Assembly (NCBI GenBank): GCA_963550425.1
Contig: CAUVCE010000001.1
Span: 1 to 47,683, forward strand
Direction of reading: 5' to 3'
Origin: an uncultured Neisseria sp.
Lineage (GTDB): Bacteria > Pseudomonadota > Gammaproteobacteria > Burkholderiales > Neisseriaceae
Length of the DNA: 47,683 nt
The notes below the pieces were generated by a model that saw only the letters and a program-made list of their open reading frames with translations, searched no databases and had not been told where the DNA came from. Every line of letters begins with the position of its first letter. The stretch's first letter is position 1. A program made the translations under genes and the position numbers. Of this stretch, positions 1 to 12,517 are shown one piece after another.

Positions 1-63
1 GAAACCGGCAAACGCATCAAACAGCTCGAACAGGAATTGGCCGAGCTGAAAAACGATAAATAG
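1..63 (+). CDS. lpxD: 3' end of probable LpxD (partial; [20 protein letters not shown])
   Basis: Open frame from window start to TAG at 61-63. Coiled-coil-like tail, directly upstream of fabZ as in lpxD-fabZ-lpxA synteny. Confidence 0.65.
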   Translation, partial: ETGKRIKQLEQELAELKNDK

Positions 64-94
64 GCCGTCTGAAAACTTTTACCAAGGAATTTAC

Positions 95-559
95 ATGGAA
101 ATCAAACTACCCATTGAAGCGAGAGAGATCCAAAACTTTCTGCCCCACCGTTTCCCCTTCCTGCTTATTGACCGCATAACCGCCGCCGAACCGGGCAAAT
201 CGCTGACCGCCATCAAAAACGTAACCTTCAACGAACCCTTTTTCCAAGGCCACTTTCCCGAATCGCCCGTCATGCCGGGCGTGTTGATTATAGAGGGCAT
301 GGCGCAGGCCTGCGGCGTATTGGCCGTATTGTCGCAGGGCGGAAATCAGCGGCGCGAAGGCGAAATTACCCTGTTTGCCGGACTGGACAACGTGCGCTTC
401 AAACGCCAAGTCATCCCCGGCGACCGGTTGGAATTCGAAGTCGAACTGCTGGCACACAAGCGCGGTATTGGCAAATTTAACGCCACCGCAAAAGTAGACG
501 GCGAATTGGCCTGCGAAGCTACCATTATGTGCGCGCAGCGCATCGTTGAAAAAGACTGA
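95..559 (+). CDS. fabZ: 3-hydroxyacyl-ACP dehydratase
   Basis: [22 protein letters not shown] and [11 protein letters not shown] motifs. Confidence 0.97.
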   Translation: MEIKLPIEAREIQNFLPHRFPFLLIDRITAAEPGKSLTAIKNVTFNEPFFQGHFPESPVMPGVLIIEGMAQACGVLAVLSQGGNQRREGEITLFAGLDNVRFKRQVIPGDRLEFEVELLAHKRGIGKFNATAKVDGELACEATIMCAQRIVEKD

Positions 560-892
560 TGGTTTGAAGGTAATACCGCGAGCTGTCCGCGCTGTATCGG
601 ATTTGCCCAAAGCATACGGATAGACAGTCCGAAGAAACTGGCCGAAATGGTGCGCCGCGCCGATAAAGCATGTTTGGATGGCGTATTGTCCGATATCGGG
701 AATACATTTGATGGCGAAAGGAGCGTTTCACTAACGAAATACCGCCAACCCGACTCACCATATGGTTACAATTGACAAGATATCGTTTCCCTATATTTCG
801 CTTGTACACACTGCGGGCAAATGTTTCACCTAAATGCCGAGACTTATCACGGCAGAGGGGGATGGCGGGAACAAATTCAAATGAAAACCTGA
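559..892 (+). pseudogene. Decayed small protein gene with two CxxC motifs (CPRC ... CTHC) and C-terminal AETYHGRGGW
   Basis: ATG 559-561 overlaps the fabZ stop (TGATG) but is one base out of frame with a protein-like frame at 560-889. That frame has one internal TGA (773-775). Its final TGA (890-892) overlaps the next ATG. Confidence 0.7.
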
Positions 893-1455
893 TGAAAAAA
901 GTCCTGATTACCTGCTTGTTGGCCATATCGGCCATTCCGGCCGCTGCTGCCGGCTGGTACATCCCCAAAGCCACGCCCATGAGCCACAGCCATCACGAAA
1001 AGGAAGCCGGTGCGGATGTTTTTCAAGGCCGTATTCGGTTGAACGGCAGCCTAATCCTACGTTGGGACAGCTTGGACGATGAAAAATATCTCGATTTCCG
1101 ATTCCAACCGGATACCGCAAGCCGCCGCAAACTGCCCTTTATCCCTGATGTTTACAACAAACCAAACATTGAAATTCAACTGTCTTCCAAAAGCTATAAA
1201 GATCAAAGAGAAGACGGATGGCCGATGGCGGAAGACCGCCGCAACCTGATGCGCCTGATTCGCAAAGAGTTTAAAGATATTCCCTCAAACTTTTGGACGG
1301 CGGGCAACGGCGGCATCATTCGGAAAGCCACATTGGACATTGGCGAATTTTGGATGTTTGTAGAGTGCGACGAACGCCATTACTATGCAAAAGTACTCGG
1401 AATCGGCTCTAAAGATACACATAACCGCAAGGCTCCCGAGCGCGGTGGTTGCTAA
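892..1455 (+). CDS. Hypothetical exported protein (Sec signal peptide MKKVLITCLLAISAIPAAAA)
   Basis: ATG 892 gives a classic signal peptide and overlaps the upstream TGA. The track's TTG 772 start is less likely. Confidence 0.8.
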   Translation: MKKVLITCLLAISAIPAAAAGWYIPKATPMSHSHHEKEAGADVFQGRIRLNGSLILRWDSLDDEKYLDFRFQPDTASRRKLPFIPDVYNKPNIEIQLSSKSYKDQREDGWPMAEDRRNLMRLIRKEFKDIPSNFWTAGNGGIIRKATLDIGEFWMFVECDERHYYAKVLGIGSKDTHNRKAPERGGC

Positions 1456-1489
1456 TGTATGCCCGTTATAACGGCAAGAAAGGAAAAAA

Positions 1490-2266
1490 ATGACCCTCAT
1501 CCACCCGACCGCCGTCATCGACCCCAAGGCCGAGCTGGATTCCAGCGTTAAAGTCGGCGCATACACCGTCATCGGCCCGAACGTGCGAATCGGCGCGAAT
1601 ACCGAAATCGGCCCGCACGCCGTGATTAACGGCCACACCACCATAGGCGAAAACAACCGCATCTTCCAATTCGCCAGTCTGGGCGAAATCCCGCAGGACA
1701 AAAAATACGGCGGCGAACCGACCAAACTCACCATCGGCAACGGCAACACCATCCGCGAGTTCACCACCTTCAACCTCGGCACGGTAACGGGCATAGGCGA
1801 AACCCGCATCGGCGACGACAACTGGATTATGGCCTACTGCCACCTTGCCCACGACTGCGTCATCGGCAACCACACTGTTTTTGCCAACAACGCTTCATTG
1901 GCCGGACACGTTACCATCGGCGATTATGTGATTCTCGGCGGCTACACTCTGGTGTTCCAATTCTGCCGCATCGGCGATTACGCCATGACCGCCTTTGCCG
2001 CGGGCGTGCACAAAGACGTGCCGCCGTACTTTATGGCTGCCGGCTACCGCGCCGAACCTGCAGGCATAAACAGTGAAGGAATGCGCCGCAACGGGTTTAC
2101 CGCCGGACAAATTTCCCGTGTAAAAGAAGCCTATAAAATCATTTATCTGCGCGATTTGCCTTTGGAAGAAGCCAAAGCAGACATCTTGAATCAAGCGGAT
2201 CAACATAGCGAAATGGCTGTTTTCCGCGATTTCTTTGCACATTCTTCGCGAGGAATTATCCGTTGA
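1490..2266 (+). CDS. lpxA: UDP-N-acetylglucosamine O-acyltransferase
   Basis: Hexapeptide repeats, PQDKKY, HLAHDC, C-terminal RGIIR. Confidence 0.97.
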   Translation: MTLIHPTAVIDPKAELDSSVKVGAYTVIGPNVRIGANTEIGPHAVINGHTTIGENNRIFQFASLGEIPQDKKYGGEPTKLTIGNGNTIREFTTFNLGTVTGIGETRIGDDNWIMAYCHLAHDCVIGNHTVFANNASLAGHVTIGDYVILGGYTLVFQFCRIGDYAMTAFAAGVHKDVPPYFMAAGYRAEPAGINSEGMRRNGFTAGQISRVKEAYKIIYLRDLPLEEAKADILNQADQHSEMAVFRDFFAHSSRGIIR

Positions 2267-2342
2267 GAGGTCTAGTATGGCATATTATGGCAACTTTTCG
2301 GTACAAATTCGAACTATTTTACTTCAATTTCAACCATGATAA

Positions 2343-3719
<1,377 letters not shown>

Positions 3720-3862
3720 TATTTTCCTTCATCAGGACGGTCTGCACAAACCGATGACACGGCAGATTGAAAGTTGCCATACAGTCTGTATCAAAGATCT
3801 GAATGTCCGGGGTATGCTGAGAAACCGGTATTTGGCGCGGTCTGTTGCTGACATGTTTTTTT

Positions 3863-3895
3863 AAGGGCTGTCTTAGATAATTAGGACAGCCCCTT
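3863..3895. repeat. Palindrome AAGGGCTGTC-TTAGATAATTAG-GACAGCCCCTT; possible terminator and/or joined IS1016-like ends
   Basis: Inverted repeat seen directly, flanked by T runs. It resembles the IS1016 terminal repeat GGGGCTGT(A/C)CTAGAT as recalled. Confidence 0.45.
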
Positions 3896-3961
3896 TACTT
3901 CTTCTGGGTGTATAACCATAAGGCTGGTATGTTCTTTTCAGAATTTGCTTTCGTCTGGATG

Positions 3962-4095
3962 TTTCAACACACAGATCTGCACATAAGGCGCAGCCCTGCG
4001 TGTTGCCCTACCGGAAGGGGTTACGCCCCTCCTCCCAAAAAAACCCAAATTCTACCGCCCTGAAGGGTGGGGTTTCAACCATTAAGGAAATTTTG
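3962..4095 (+). repeat. REP2/CREN-like element, full-length copy
   Basis: TTTCAACACACAG...GGAAGGGGTTACGCCCCTCC...CCGCCCTGAAGGGTGGGGTTTCAACCATTAAGGA. Aligns with the reverse-complement copy at 39405-39534. Confidence 0.75.
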
Positions 4096-4274
4096 ATGAA
4101 TGATCGGTGGGGCGTAGATACATTGATGCGGTGGCTTCAGAAATCTTTTTCTGAAGCAGAGAGATGTTTTTGGGTACTGGCTAGTCTTTTTTAAGGCCGA
4201 TAGGCGATACTATTTAATATTTTGTATAGTTAATTAAAATTAAAAGCAAATATAATTATCTTCGTTTAGCGTAT

Positions 4275-4312
4275 AAAAAGAAGGCACGGTAATTAAGCCG
4301 CGCCTTCTTTTT
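4275..4312 (-). terminator. Intrinsic (bidirectional-type) terminator after atpC
   Basis: AAAAAGAAGGCACGG-loop-CCGCGCCTTCTTTTT hairpin just beyond the atpC stop. Confidence 0.8.
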
Positions 4313-4318
4313 GAAAGC

Positions 4319-4747
4319 CTATTTGTGTTTCCGTGAGCGGATATAGTCCAGTGTTTTAAGTTCGGCGATAGCGGTAGCTAAAGCAGCTTCCGCTTTTTCT
4401 CTGGCCTTTTTATCATCACTGGCAGAGGCCAAACCTGCTTTGGCAGCTTTTATGGCCTCCTCTGCACGAGCTTGATCCATTTCATCGCTGCGGATGGCGA
4501 CATCTGCTAAAACAGTCAGTTTATCCGGTTGCACCTCCAATACACCACCGGAAACTGCAACCAAAACCTCATCAACCTGCCCGGTGGCTTGCAAACGGAG
4601 TACGCCAGGACGTACCAAACTCATGATCGGCTCATGTCGGGGGTAAATACCGAGCTCACCCTGAACAGTTGGAACCACTACAAAATTGGCTTCACCTGAA
4701 TAGATATTTTGTTCGTTACTTACCACTTCAACTTGCATGATACTCAT
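4319..4747 (-). CDS. atpC: ATP synthase F1 epsilon subunit
   Basis: GELGIYPRHEP and VSGGVLEV motifs; last gene of the operon. Confidence 0.96.
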   Translation of the reverse strand: MSIMQVEVVSNEQNIYSGEANFVVVPTVQGELGIYPRHEPIMSLVRPGVLRLQATGQVDEVLVAVSGGVLEVQPDKLTVLADVAIRSDEMDQARAEEAIKAAKAGLASASDDKKAREKAEAALATAIAELKTLDYIRSRKHK

Positions 4748-4759
4748 GCCGGCCTCCTA

Positions 4760-6166
<1,407 letters not shown>

Positions 6167-6189
6167 CTATTTTCCATGTGGGCAAACGG

Positions 6190-7068
6190 CTAAACTGCTG
6201 CCGCACCCGCCACAATTTCTGACAATTCCGTAGTGATAGCGGCTTGGCGAGACTTATTGTATACCAAACGCAATTCTTTAATCGCATTGCCGGCATTATC
6301 TGTGGCAGCCTTCATTGCCACCATACGGGCGGCCTGCTCAGAAGCCATATTGTCACTCAACGCTTGATAAACTACGGATTCCAAATAACGCTTAACCAAA
6401 TAGTCCAAAACGGCATTAGGACTGGGCTCATAACGATAATCCCAATTATAACCCTCACCTTCTGCCTGACCTCGCTCCAAAGTATTGTTGCCAATCGGCA
6501 ACAATACTTCCATACGAGGTTCCTGACGCATCGTATTAACAAAACAGGAATATACCAAATGGATTATATCCAGCCGCTTTTGAATATAACAATCAAAAAG
6601 CTTCTGCAAAGCACCGACTAGAGGTTCCAATCTGGGCGTATCACCTAAGTTGGTTACACCGGCGATGACATTTAGACCTATACGCTGGCAAACTGCGAGT
6701 CCCTTGTTGCCAATACAGACGACATCGACTTCTATACCACGTTCTCGATATTCTTGCACCTGTGCCAAAAACCGTTTAAGTACATTAGCATTTAAACCGC
6801 CGCATAGACCTTTATCGGTAGTAATCAGGATAAAACCTGCCCGTTGAATGTCATTACGTATATCTAACAAGCCAATACCGTGATTTTCCTGAGTTTGTGC
6901 CAAATGGCTCATGACCAAACGCACTTTATCAGCGTAAGGCCGTGCAAGACGCATCCTCTCTTGGGTCTTTCTCATTTTTGAGGTAGACACCATTTGCATT
7001 GCTTTTGTGATCTTTTGGGTATTTTGAACACTACGGATTTTGGTGAGAATCTCTTTTCCTACTGCCAT
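6190..7068 (-). CDS. atpG: ATP synthase F1 gamma subunit
   Basis: KITKAMQMV, DKGLCG and RQAAITTELSEI motifs. Confidence 0.97.
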   Translation of the reverse strand: MAVGKEILTKIRSVQNTQKITKAMQMVSTSKMRKTQERMRLARPYADKVRLVMSHLAQTQENHGIGLLDIRNDIQRAGFILITTDKGLCGGLNANVLKRFLAQVQEYRERGIEVDVVCIGNKGLAVCQRIGLNVIAGVTNLGDTPRLEPLVGALQKLFDCYIQKRLDIIHLVYSCFVNTMRQEPRMEVLLPIGNNTLERGQAEGEGYNWDYRYEPSPNAVLDYLVKRYLESVVYQALSDNMASEQAARMVAMKAATDNAGNAIKELRLVYNKSRQAAITTELSEIVAGAAAV

Positions 7069-7091
7069 CTTAGGTTCCTTTCCTGAAGCAC

Positions 7092-8639
7092 CTACGCCGC
7101 ATAGTTGTAAGATACTTTAAAGGATTTCATGGCTTCGGCAAGTACCTGTTCACTCTTATCGGACATAACCCCCGATTCATTAATATCCGTTAATACCTGC
7201 GGATATTGCGTACGGACAAAATTCAAAAACTCCGCTTCAAAAGCCAAAGCTTTGGATACGGGAATATCATTATATGAACCATTATTTATGGCCCATAGGG
7301 TCAATGCCATCTCAGCCGTATTCAGGGTACTGAATTGTTTTTGCTTCATCAGTTCGGTTACTACTTCACCATGTTGAAGCTGCTTGCGGGTTGCTTCATC
7401 TAGATCAGACGCAAACTGCGAAAATGCAGCCAACTCACGATACTGAGCCAATGCCAAACGGATACCGCCACCCAGTTTTTTGATAACTTTGGTTTGGGCA
7501 GCACCACCTACACGCGATACAGAAATACCTGCATTAATAGCAGGCCGGATGCCTGCATTAAACAAATCAGTTTCCAAGAAAATCTGACCATCGGTAATAG
7601 AAATCACGTTAGTCGGCACAAAAGCAGATACATCGCCTGCCTGGGTTTCAATAATAGGAAGTGCAGTCAATGAGCCAGTACGGCCAACTACTTCACCATT
7701 GGTCAATTTTTCCACTTCGGCGGCATTAATACGTGCAGCACGTTCCAATAGCCGGCTGTGCAAATAAAACACGTCCCCAGGATAAGCTTCCCGTCCGGGT
7801 GGGCGGCGAAGTAATAAGGAAATTTGACGGTAAGCTACTGCTTGTTTAGACAGGTCGTCATATACAATCAAGGCATCCTCACCGCGATCGCGGAAGAATT
7901 CGCCCATCGTACAACCTGCATATGGTGCAATAAACTGTAGAGCTGCTGCTTCTGATGCTGTGGCTGCTACCACGATAGTATGCTCCATTGCACCATGTTC
8001 TTCTAGTTTGCGAACCACATTCGCAATAGAAGAAGCCTTTTGCCCAACTGCAACATAAATACAGATAACACCAGTATCTTTTTGATTAACAATTGCATCT
8101 AATGCTACAGCTGTTTTACCGGTTTGCCGGTCGCCGATAATCAACTCGCGCTGACCTCGACCGACAGGCACCATGGAATCAATAGCCTTCAAGCCTGTTT
8201 GCATGGGCTGGTCAACTGATTGGCGTGCAATTACACCAGGTGCAATTTTTTCAATTGGTGCAGTCAGTTCAGTATCAATCGGACCTTTCCCATCAATAGG
8301 CTGTCCCAATGCGTTTACCACGCGACCGACCAGTTCGCGACCAATTGGCACTTCTAAAATACGGCCGGTACATTTAACCTCATCACCTTCCTTAATGTGT
8401 TCGTATTCGCCCAGTACCACAGCTCCAACGGAATCCCGTTCCAAGTTCATGGCTAAGCCAAAAATATTGCCTGGAAATTCAAGCATTTCACCTTGCATTA
8501 CATCTGATAAGCCATGAACGCGGACAATACCGTCAGTAACCGAGATAACCGTGCCGCAGGTATGCAATTCTTGAGAAGTATCTAGTTTCTCAATCTTGGC
8601 TTTCAGTAAATCGCTGATTTCAGCAGGATTAAGCTGCAT
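7092..8639 (-). CDS. atpA: ATP synthase F1 alpha subunit
   Basis: GDRQTGKT and [21 protein letters not shown] motifs. Confidence 0.98.
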   Translation of the reverse strand: MQLNPAEISDLLKAKIEKLDTSQELHTCGTVISVTDGIVRVHGLSDVMQGEMLEFPGNIFGLAMNLERDSVGAVVLGEYEHIKEGDEVKCTGRILEVPIGRELVGRVVNALGQPIDGKGPIDTELTAPIEKIAPGVIARQSVDQPMQTGLKAIDSMVPVGRGQRELIIGDRQTGKTAVALDAIVNQKDTGVICIYVAVGQKASSIANVVRKLEEHGAMEHTIVVAATASEAAALQFIAPYAGCTMGEFFRDRGEDALIVYDDLSKQAVAYRQISLLLRRPPGREAYPGDVFYLHSRLLERAARINAAEVEKLTNGEVVGRTGSLTALPIIETQAGDVSAFVPTNVISITDGQIFLETDLFNAGIRPAINAGISVSRVGGAAQTKVIKKLGGGIRLALAQYRELAAFSQFASDLDEATRKQLQHGEVVTELMKQKQFSTLNTAEMALTLWAINNGSYNDIPVSKALAFEAEFLNFVRTQYPQVLTDINESGVMSDKSEQVLAEAMKSFKVSYNYAA

Positions 8640-8649
8640 GAAAACTCTC

Positions 8650-9198
8650 CTAATTAATCATTGCCACATACAGTTTATGTAATTTACCCTGTATTGACAA
8701 ATCCAATACTTGATCACCAATCTCCACCTTGATGCCGCCTATCAGACTTGAATCAACATGAAACACGGCATTCAAACGGGTATTAAAGTGCTGTTCTAGA
8801 TCAGCTACGATTTTGGCCTTTTGACCTTCGCTGGCAAAATCGAATGCACTGTATATAATTGCCTGTTTGGTGTTACTGATGGATAAAGTAAAATCTCGGT
8901 ATTGGCTATAAATTTCGGGCAGAACCAAAAACCGTTTTTCTTTCGCCACAATTTTGACAAAGTTACGGAATTCTTCACTTTGCATAGCTTGTGAGTCACG
9001 TAAAAGATTAACCAAAAAGTCGGCTTTATCTTTGCTATCGGTTTCTGTGTTTTCAATCTGTGCGGCAACTTTGGGTTGTTGCACAGACCAAGCCAGTTCT
9101 TTAAGTCCGTCCAACCAAGATGTAATTTGGTGTTTCTCTTTTGCCAGCTCAAACAATGCTTTGGCATATGGTCTGGCGATGGTTGCGAACTCAGCCAT
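8650..9198 (-). CDS. atpH: ATP synthase F1 delta subunit
   Basis: [11 protein letters not shown] and LIGGIKV motifs. Confidence 0.95.
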   Translation of the reverse strand: MAEFATIARPYAKALFELAKEKHQITSWLDGLKELAWSVQQPKVAAQIENTETDSKDKADFLVNLLRDSQAMQSEEFRNFVKIVAKEKRFLVLPEIYSQYRDFTLSISNTKQAIIYSAFDFASEGQKAKIVADLEQHFNTRLNAVFHVDSSLIGGIKVEIGDQVLDLSIQGKLHKLYVAMIN

Positions 9199-9201
9199 AG
9201 T

Positions 9202-9672
9202 TTATAGCTCCTGTTTCAGGCTGCTTAGCAATTCAGCGTGTTTGGCAGCGTTTATTTCGCTACGTAAAATTGCTTCGGCACCTTTTACAGCCAGAGCAGC
9301 CACTTGTTCACGCAAAGCCTCCCGTGCACGGTTGGCTTCTTGTTCAACATCGGCTTTTGCCTGTGCGGTAATGCGCGCAGCCTCAATGGAAGCTTGATTT
9401 TTGGCATCTTCTACAATTTGTGCTGCACGTTTTTCTGCATTGGCAACAATTTCGGTTACCTGGCTGCGGCCGTTGGCCAAGAGTTCTGCAACTTTCTTTT
9501 CTGCCTGTTCAAAATCACTCTTGCCTCGTTCGGCAGCAGCCAAACCCTCGGCGATTTTATCGGCACGCTCGTCAAGTGCTTTTGCAATTGGCGGCCACAC
9601 ATATTTCATGGTGAACCAAACCAGAATGAAAAAGACCACTAACTGCGAAAATAGGGTCGCATTTAAATTCAC
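9202..9672 (-). CDS. atpF: ATP synthase Fo subunit b (GTG start)
   Basis: NLNATLF..Q, KYVWPPI, long helical stalk. Confidence 0.96.
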   Translation of the reverse strand: MNLNATLFSQLVVFFILVWFTMKYVWPPIAKALDERADKIAEGLAAAERGKSDFEQAEKKVAELLANGRSQVTEIVANAEKRAAQIVEDAKNQASIEAARITAQAKADVEQEANRAREALREQVAALAVKGAEAILRSEINAAKHAELLSSLKQEL

Positions 9673-9748
9673 TTTAACTTAACCTTCGAATCGTGGTTAA
9701 TCAAACAAATATTCGTTTTATGGATATAAAACGATTCTGTATTTCGGA

Positions 9749-10009
<261 letters not shown>

Positions 10010-10056
10010 TTAAACTACGTTGGAAACAAATGATGCAAACCGACCAAGTAATATCC

Positions 10057-10929
10057 TTAGTGGGTATCATGTGCCTGGCCGATGTAAACAAAAGCCAAAG
10101 CCATAAAAATAAACGCCTGTAAGGTAATAATTAGAATATGGAAAATGGCCCAAGCAGAACCGGCAAGTATATGGAAAACAAATAATATTGGATCCATAAC
10201 GCCGACATGCCCTGAAGCTGCCCAAGAACCGCCAAGTAAGGCGATTAGTAGGAAAACCAATTCGCCTGCATACATGTTACCAAACAAACGCATGCCGTGT
10301 GAAACGGTTTTGGAAAGGAATTCCAACATATTTAATAAAAAGTTGGCAGGTGCGAGCCAAGGGCCGAATGGAGCCGTGAAAAGTTCATGCAGCCAACCTA
10401 TGCCCCCTTTGATTTTGATGTTGTAGTAGAGGCAGACCAGTAAGACACCGATAGCCAATGCCAATGATGTGTTTAGGTCGGCAGTCGGTACGATGCGCAA
10501 GAGGGCGTGATGGTTGTCGTTGATGCCCTGCCATGTAATGGGCAGCAGATCAACCGGTAACAAGTCCATGGCGTTCATTAAGAAAATCCATACGAAAAGT
10601 GCCAAACCCAAAGGGGCAACCGCTTTACGGGATTCGGTATTGTGTATGATGCTTTTACACATGTCGTCCACAAATTCGTAAAGCAGTTCGACTGCCGCTT
10701 GAAACCGTCCAGGTACGCCGGCAGTCGCGCGGCTGGCTGCCTTCCATAATAGGAAACTACCCAAACCACCCAGTAATATGGCGAAAAAGACCGCATCTAA
10801 GTTGATGTAGGAAAAGTCGGCAATGTTTTTCAAATCTTGCCCTTTGTCTACTTCAATCAGGCTGGTAAGGCTTTGCAGATGGTGCCTGATGTAGTCTGTG
10901 GCAGTTATGGTTTCACTTGCGTTTGCCAT
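10057..10929 (-). CDS. atpB: ATP synthase Fo subunit a
   Basis: PTADLN, RLFGNMYAGE and LQAFIF motifs. Confidence 0.96.
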   Translation of the reverse strand: MANASETITATDYIRHHLQSLTSLIEVDKGQDLKNIADFSYINLDAVFFAILLGGLGSFLLWKAASRATAGVPGRFQAAVELLYEFVDDMCKSIIHNTESRKAVAPLGLALFVWIFLMNAMDLLPVDLLPITWQGINDNHHALLRIVPTADLNTSLALAIGVLLVCLYYNIKIKGGIGWLHELFTAPFGPWLAPANFLLNMLEFLSKTVSHGMRLFGNMYAGELVFLLIALLGGSWAASGHVGVMDPILFVFHILAGSAWAIFHILIITLQAFIFMALAFVYIGQAHDTH

Positions 10930-11272
10930 AATTTTCAGCTTTCCAAAAAATAAAAAAAATTACATGGCTGGTAGCCAAAAGGCTAAGGAAAAATGGTATA
11001 AATTTCAGGTTTTTATGATATAACATAAAAAAAACCGTCATAAAAATCAAAGCCAGTGCTATTCTTAAACCCTCTCCTAAAATGAAGGCATAACCAGCAT
11101 ATTGCGGGGTTTTGCGGAAAAGGTTTAGAACCAGTGCCGCAAATGCTGACGGTATCAGGTAACTGAAACCACCTGCAATTGCCGACCATAAAGCTGTTAC
11201 CCCTCCTAGCAATCCGCTGAATACGCTGACTATTGTTAAGGCGGCTGTTTGTAAATAAAGTATTTTTACCAT
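10913..11272 (-). CDS. atpI: ATP synthase protein I
   Basis: Small multi-TM protein, first in the atp operon, overlapping atpB. Confidence 0.8.
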   Translation of the reverse strand: MVKILYLQTAALTIVSVFSGLLGGVTALWSAIAGGFSYLIPSAFAALVLNLFRKTPQYAGYAFILGEGLRIALALIFMTVFFMLYHKNLKFIPFFLSLLATSHVIFFIFWKAENYGKRK

Positions 11273-11315
11273 TCGTTAAGCAGCCTTAGCGGATAGGGGA
11301 TATGAAATCGGTAAT

Positions 11316-11344
11316 ACTATAAAGAAAGCACTGTTTTGCGTCAA
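11316..11344 (-). promoter_or_regulatory. sigma70 promoter of the atp operon
   Basis: Minus strand TTGACG-17 nt-TATAGT, about 45 nt upstream of atpI. Confidence 0.75.
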
Positions 11345-11484
11345 GGCAAATGGTTAATTTTCGTGAAAAATTATCTTCCATTTTTTTAATGATACTGATG
11401 GATATCGTTATTTTTATTGATATTTAATAAAATAATAAGTTTTAATGGGTTATTGGTTTAAGATGGATGGTACGGTGTTTTTGC

Positions 11485-12354
11485 CTAAATGACGGTCTGG
11501 CTGTCTATGCCTAGACGGTGCAGTAGGTTTTCAAGTGCTTCGGGGGTGTCGAAATGCAGGATGATTTTCCCGCTGCGTTTGTCGGTGCTTTTTATTTCGG
11601 CTTGAACGCCCAAGCTGGTTGTCAGGCTGTCGTTCAGTTTGAGGATATCGGGGTGGGGTGTTTTCGCGGTTGTCTTTTTCCCGTCTTGTCGCATGGCGCG
11701 GCTTCGCTGCTCTACCTCACGCACCGACCAGCCGTGTTTGACGGTTTTTTGTGCCAGTTCGAGTTGTGCGACTACGGGCAGGCTCAATAAGGCGCGTGCA
11801 TGTCCCATTTCCAATAGGCGCTGATAAAGCATTTCTTGTACGGGCTCGGGCAGGTTGAGCAGGCGGAGGCTGTTGGAAACGGCACTGCGGCTTTTGCCCA
11901 AGGTTGAGGCAACGGCTTCGTGGGTCAGGCCGAATTCTTCCGTCAGGCGTTTTATGCCCCGCGCCTCTTCTATAGGGTTAAGGTTTTCACGCTGCAGGTT
12001 TTCAATCAGCCCTATGGCCAGCGCCGTTTCATTGCCGATGTTTTTAATGACGGCAGGTATTTCGGTCAAACCTGCCAGTTGGCCGGCACGCCAGCGGCGT
12101 TCGCCCGCTATCAGTTCGTATTGGGACAGGCCGTATTCGCGCACGATGACGGGCTGGATGATGCCTTGTGTGCGTATGGATTCGGCCAGTTCGTGCAAGG
12201 ACGCGTCATCCATGTGGCTGCGGGGTTGGTAGCGGCCGGGCTTGATGTTTTGTATGGGGATGGTGCCCAATCGTCCGTCCCGTCCGTCTTCTATGTTGCC
12301 CGATAGTAGTGAGTCAAGCCCGCGCCCGCCCAATCCGCCTTTTGTTTTTGCCAT
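11485..12354 (-). CDS. parB: ParB/Spo0J partition protein
   Basis: GLGGRGL N-terminus, YQPR, AGERRWRA, ENLQRE, HTH; likely start MAKTKGG at 12354. Confidence 0.95.
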   Translation of the reverse strand: MAKTKGGLGGRGLDSLLSGNIEDGRDGRLGTIPIQNIKPGRYQPRSHMDDASLHELAESIRTQGIIQPVIVREYGLSQYELIAGERRWRAGQLAGLTEIPAVIKNIGNETALAIGLIENLQRENLNPIEEARGIKRLTEEFGLTHEAVASTLGKSRSAVSNSLRLLNLPEPVQEMLYQRLLEMGHARALLSLPVVAQLELAQKTVKHGWSVREVEQRSRAMRQDGKKTTAKTPHPDILKLNDSLTTSLGVQAEIKSTDKRSGKIILHFDTPEALENLLHRLGIDSQTVI

Positions 12355-12517
12355 GTCGTACCCCGTGTTTGCAAAAGTTTGGATTCTAATCGAAATGCCA
12401 ACGGGACTGCATTTTATTTTGCCTGACGCCATTTATGTATGCCCTATTCAAATCCCTGTGTTTCTTTTAGAATAGCAGATTGAAAAATTTTCTCAATTTG
12501 GGTTAAGGTTTAATAAT

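Noticed and set aside
772..891. N-terminal extension of the exported protein from TTG 772
   Set aside because: Overlaps the decayed CxxC gene. ATG 892 gives a clean signal peptide and a TGATG coupling.
4225..4245. TATAGTTAATTAAAATTAAAA resembling a Correia-element end
   Set aside because: Two mismatches to TATAGTGGATTAA, AT-rich context and no partner inverted end.
11345..11484. Very AT-rich atpI-parB spacer as possible oriC/DUE
   Set aside because: No DnaA boxes seen. It is explained as the upstream region of the atp promoter, and local strand skew is inconsistent across the window.
11485..12354. parB without an adjacent parA
   Set aside because: As I recall, parB next to the atp operon with parA elsewhere is the normal Neisseria arrangement.
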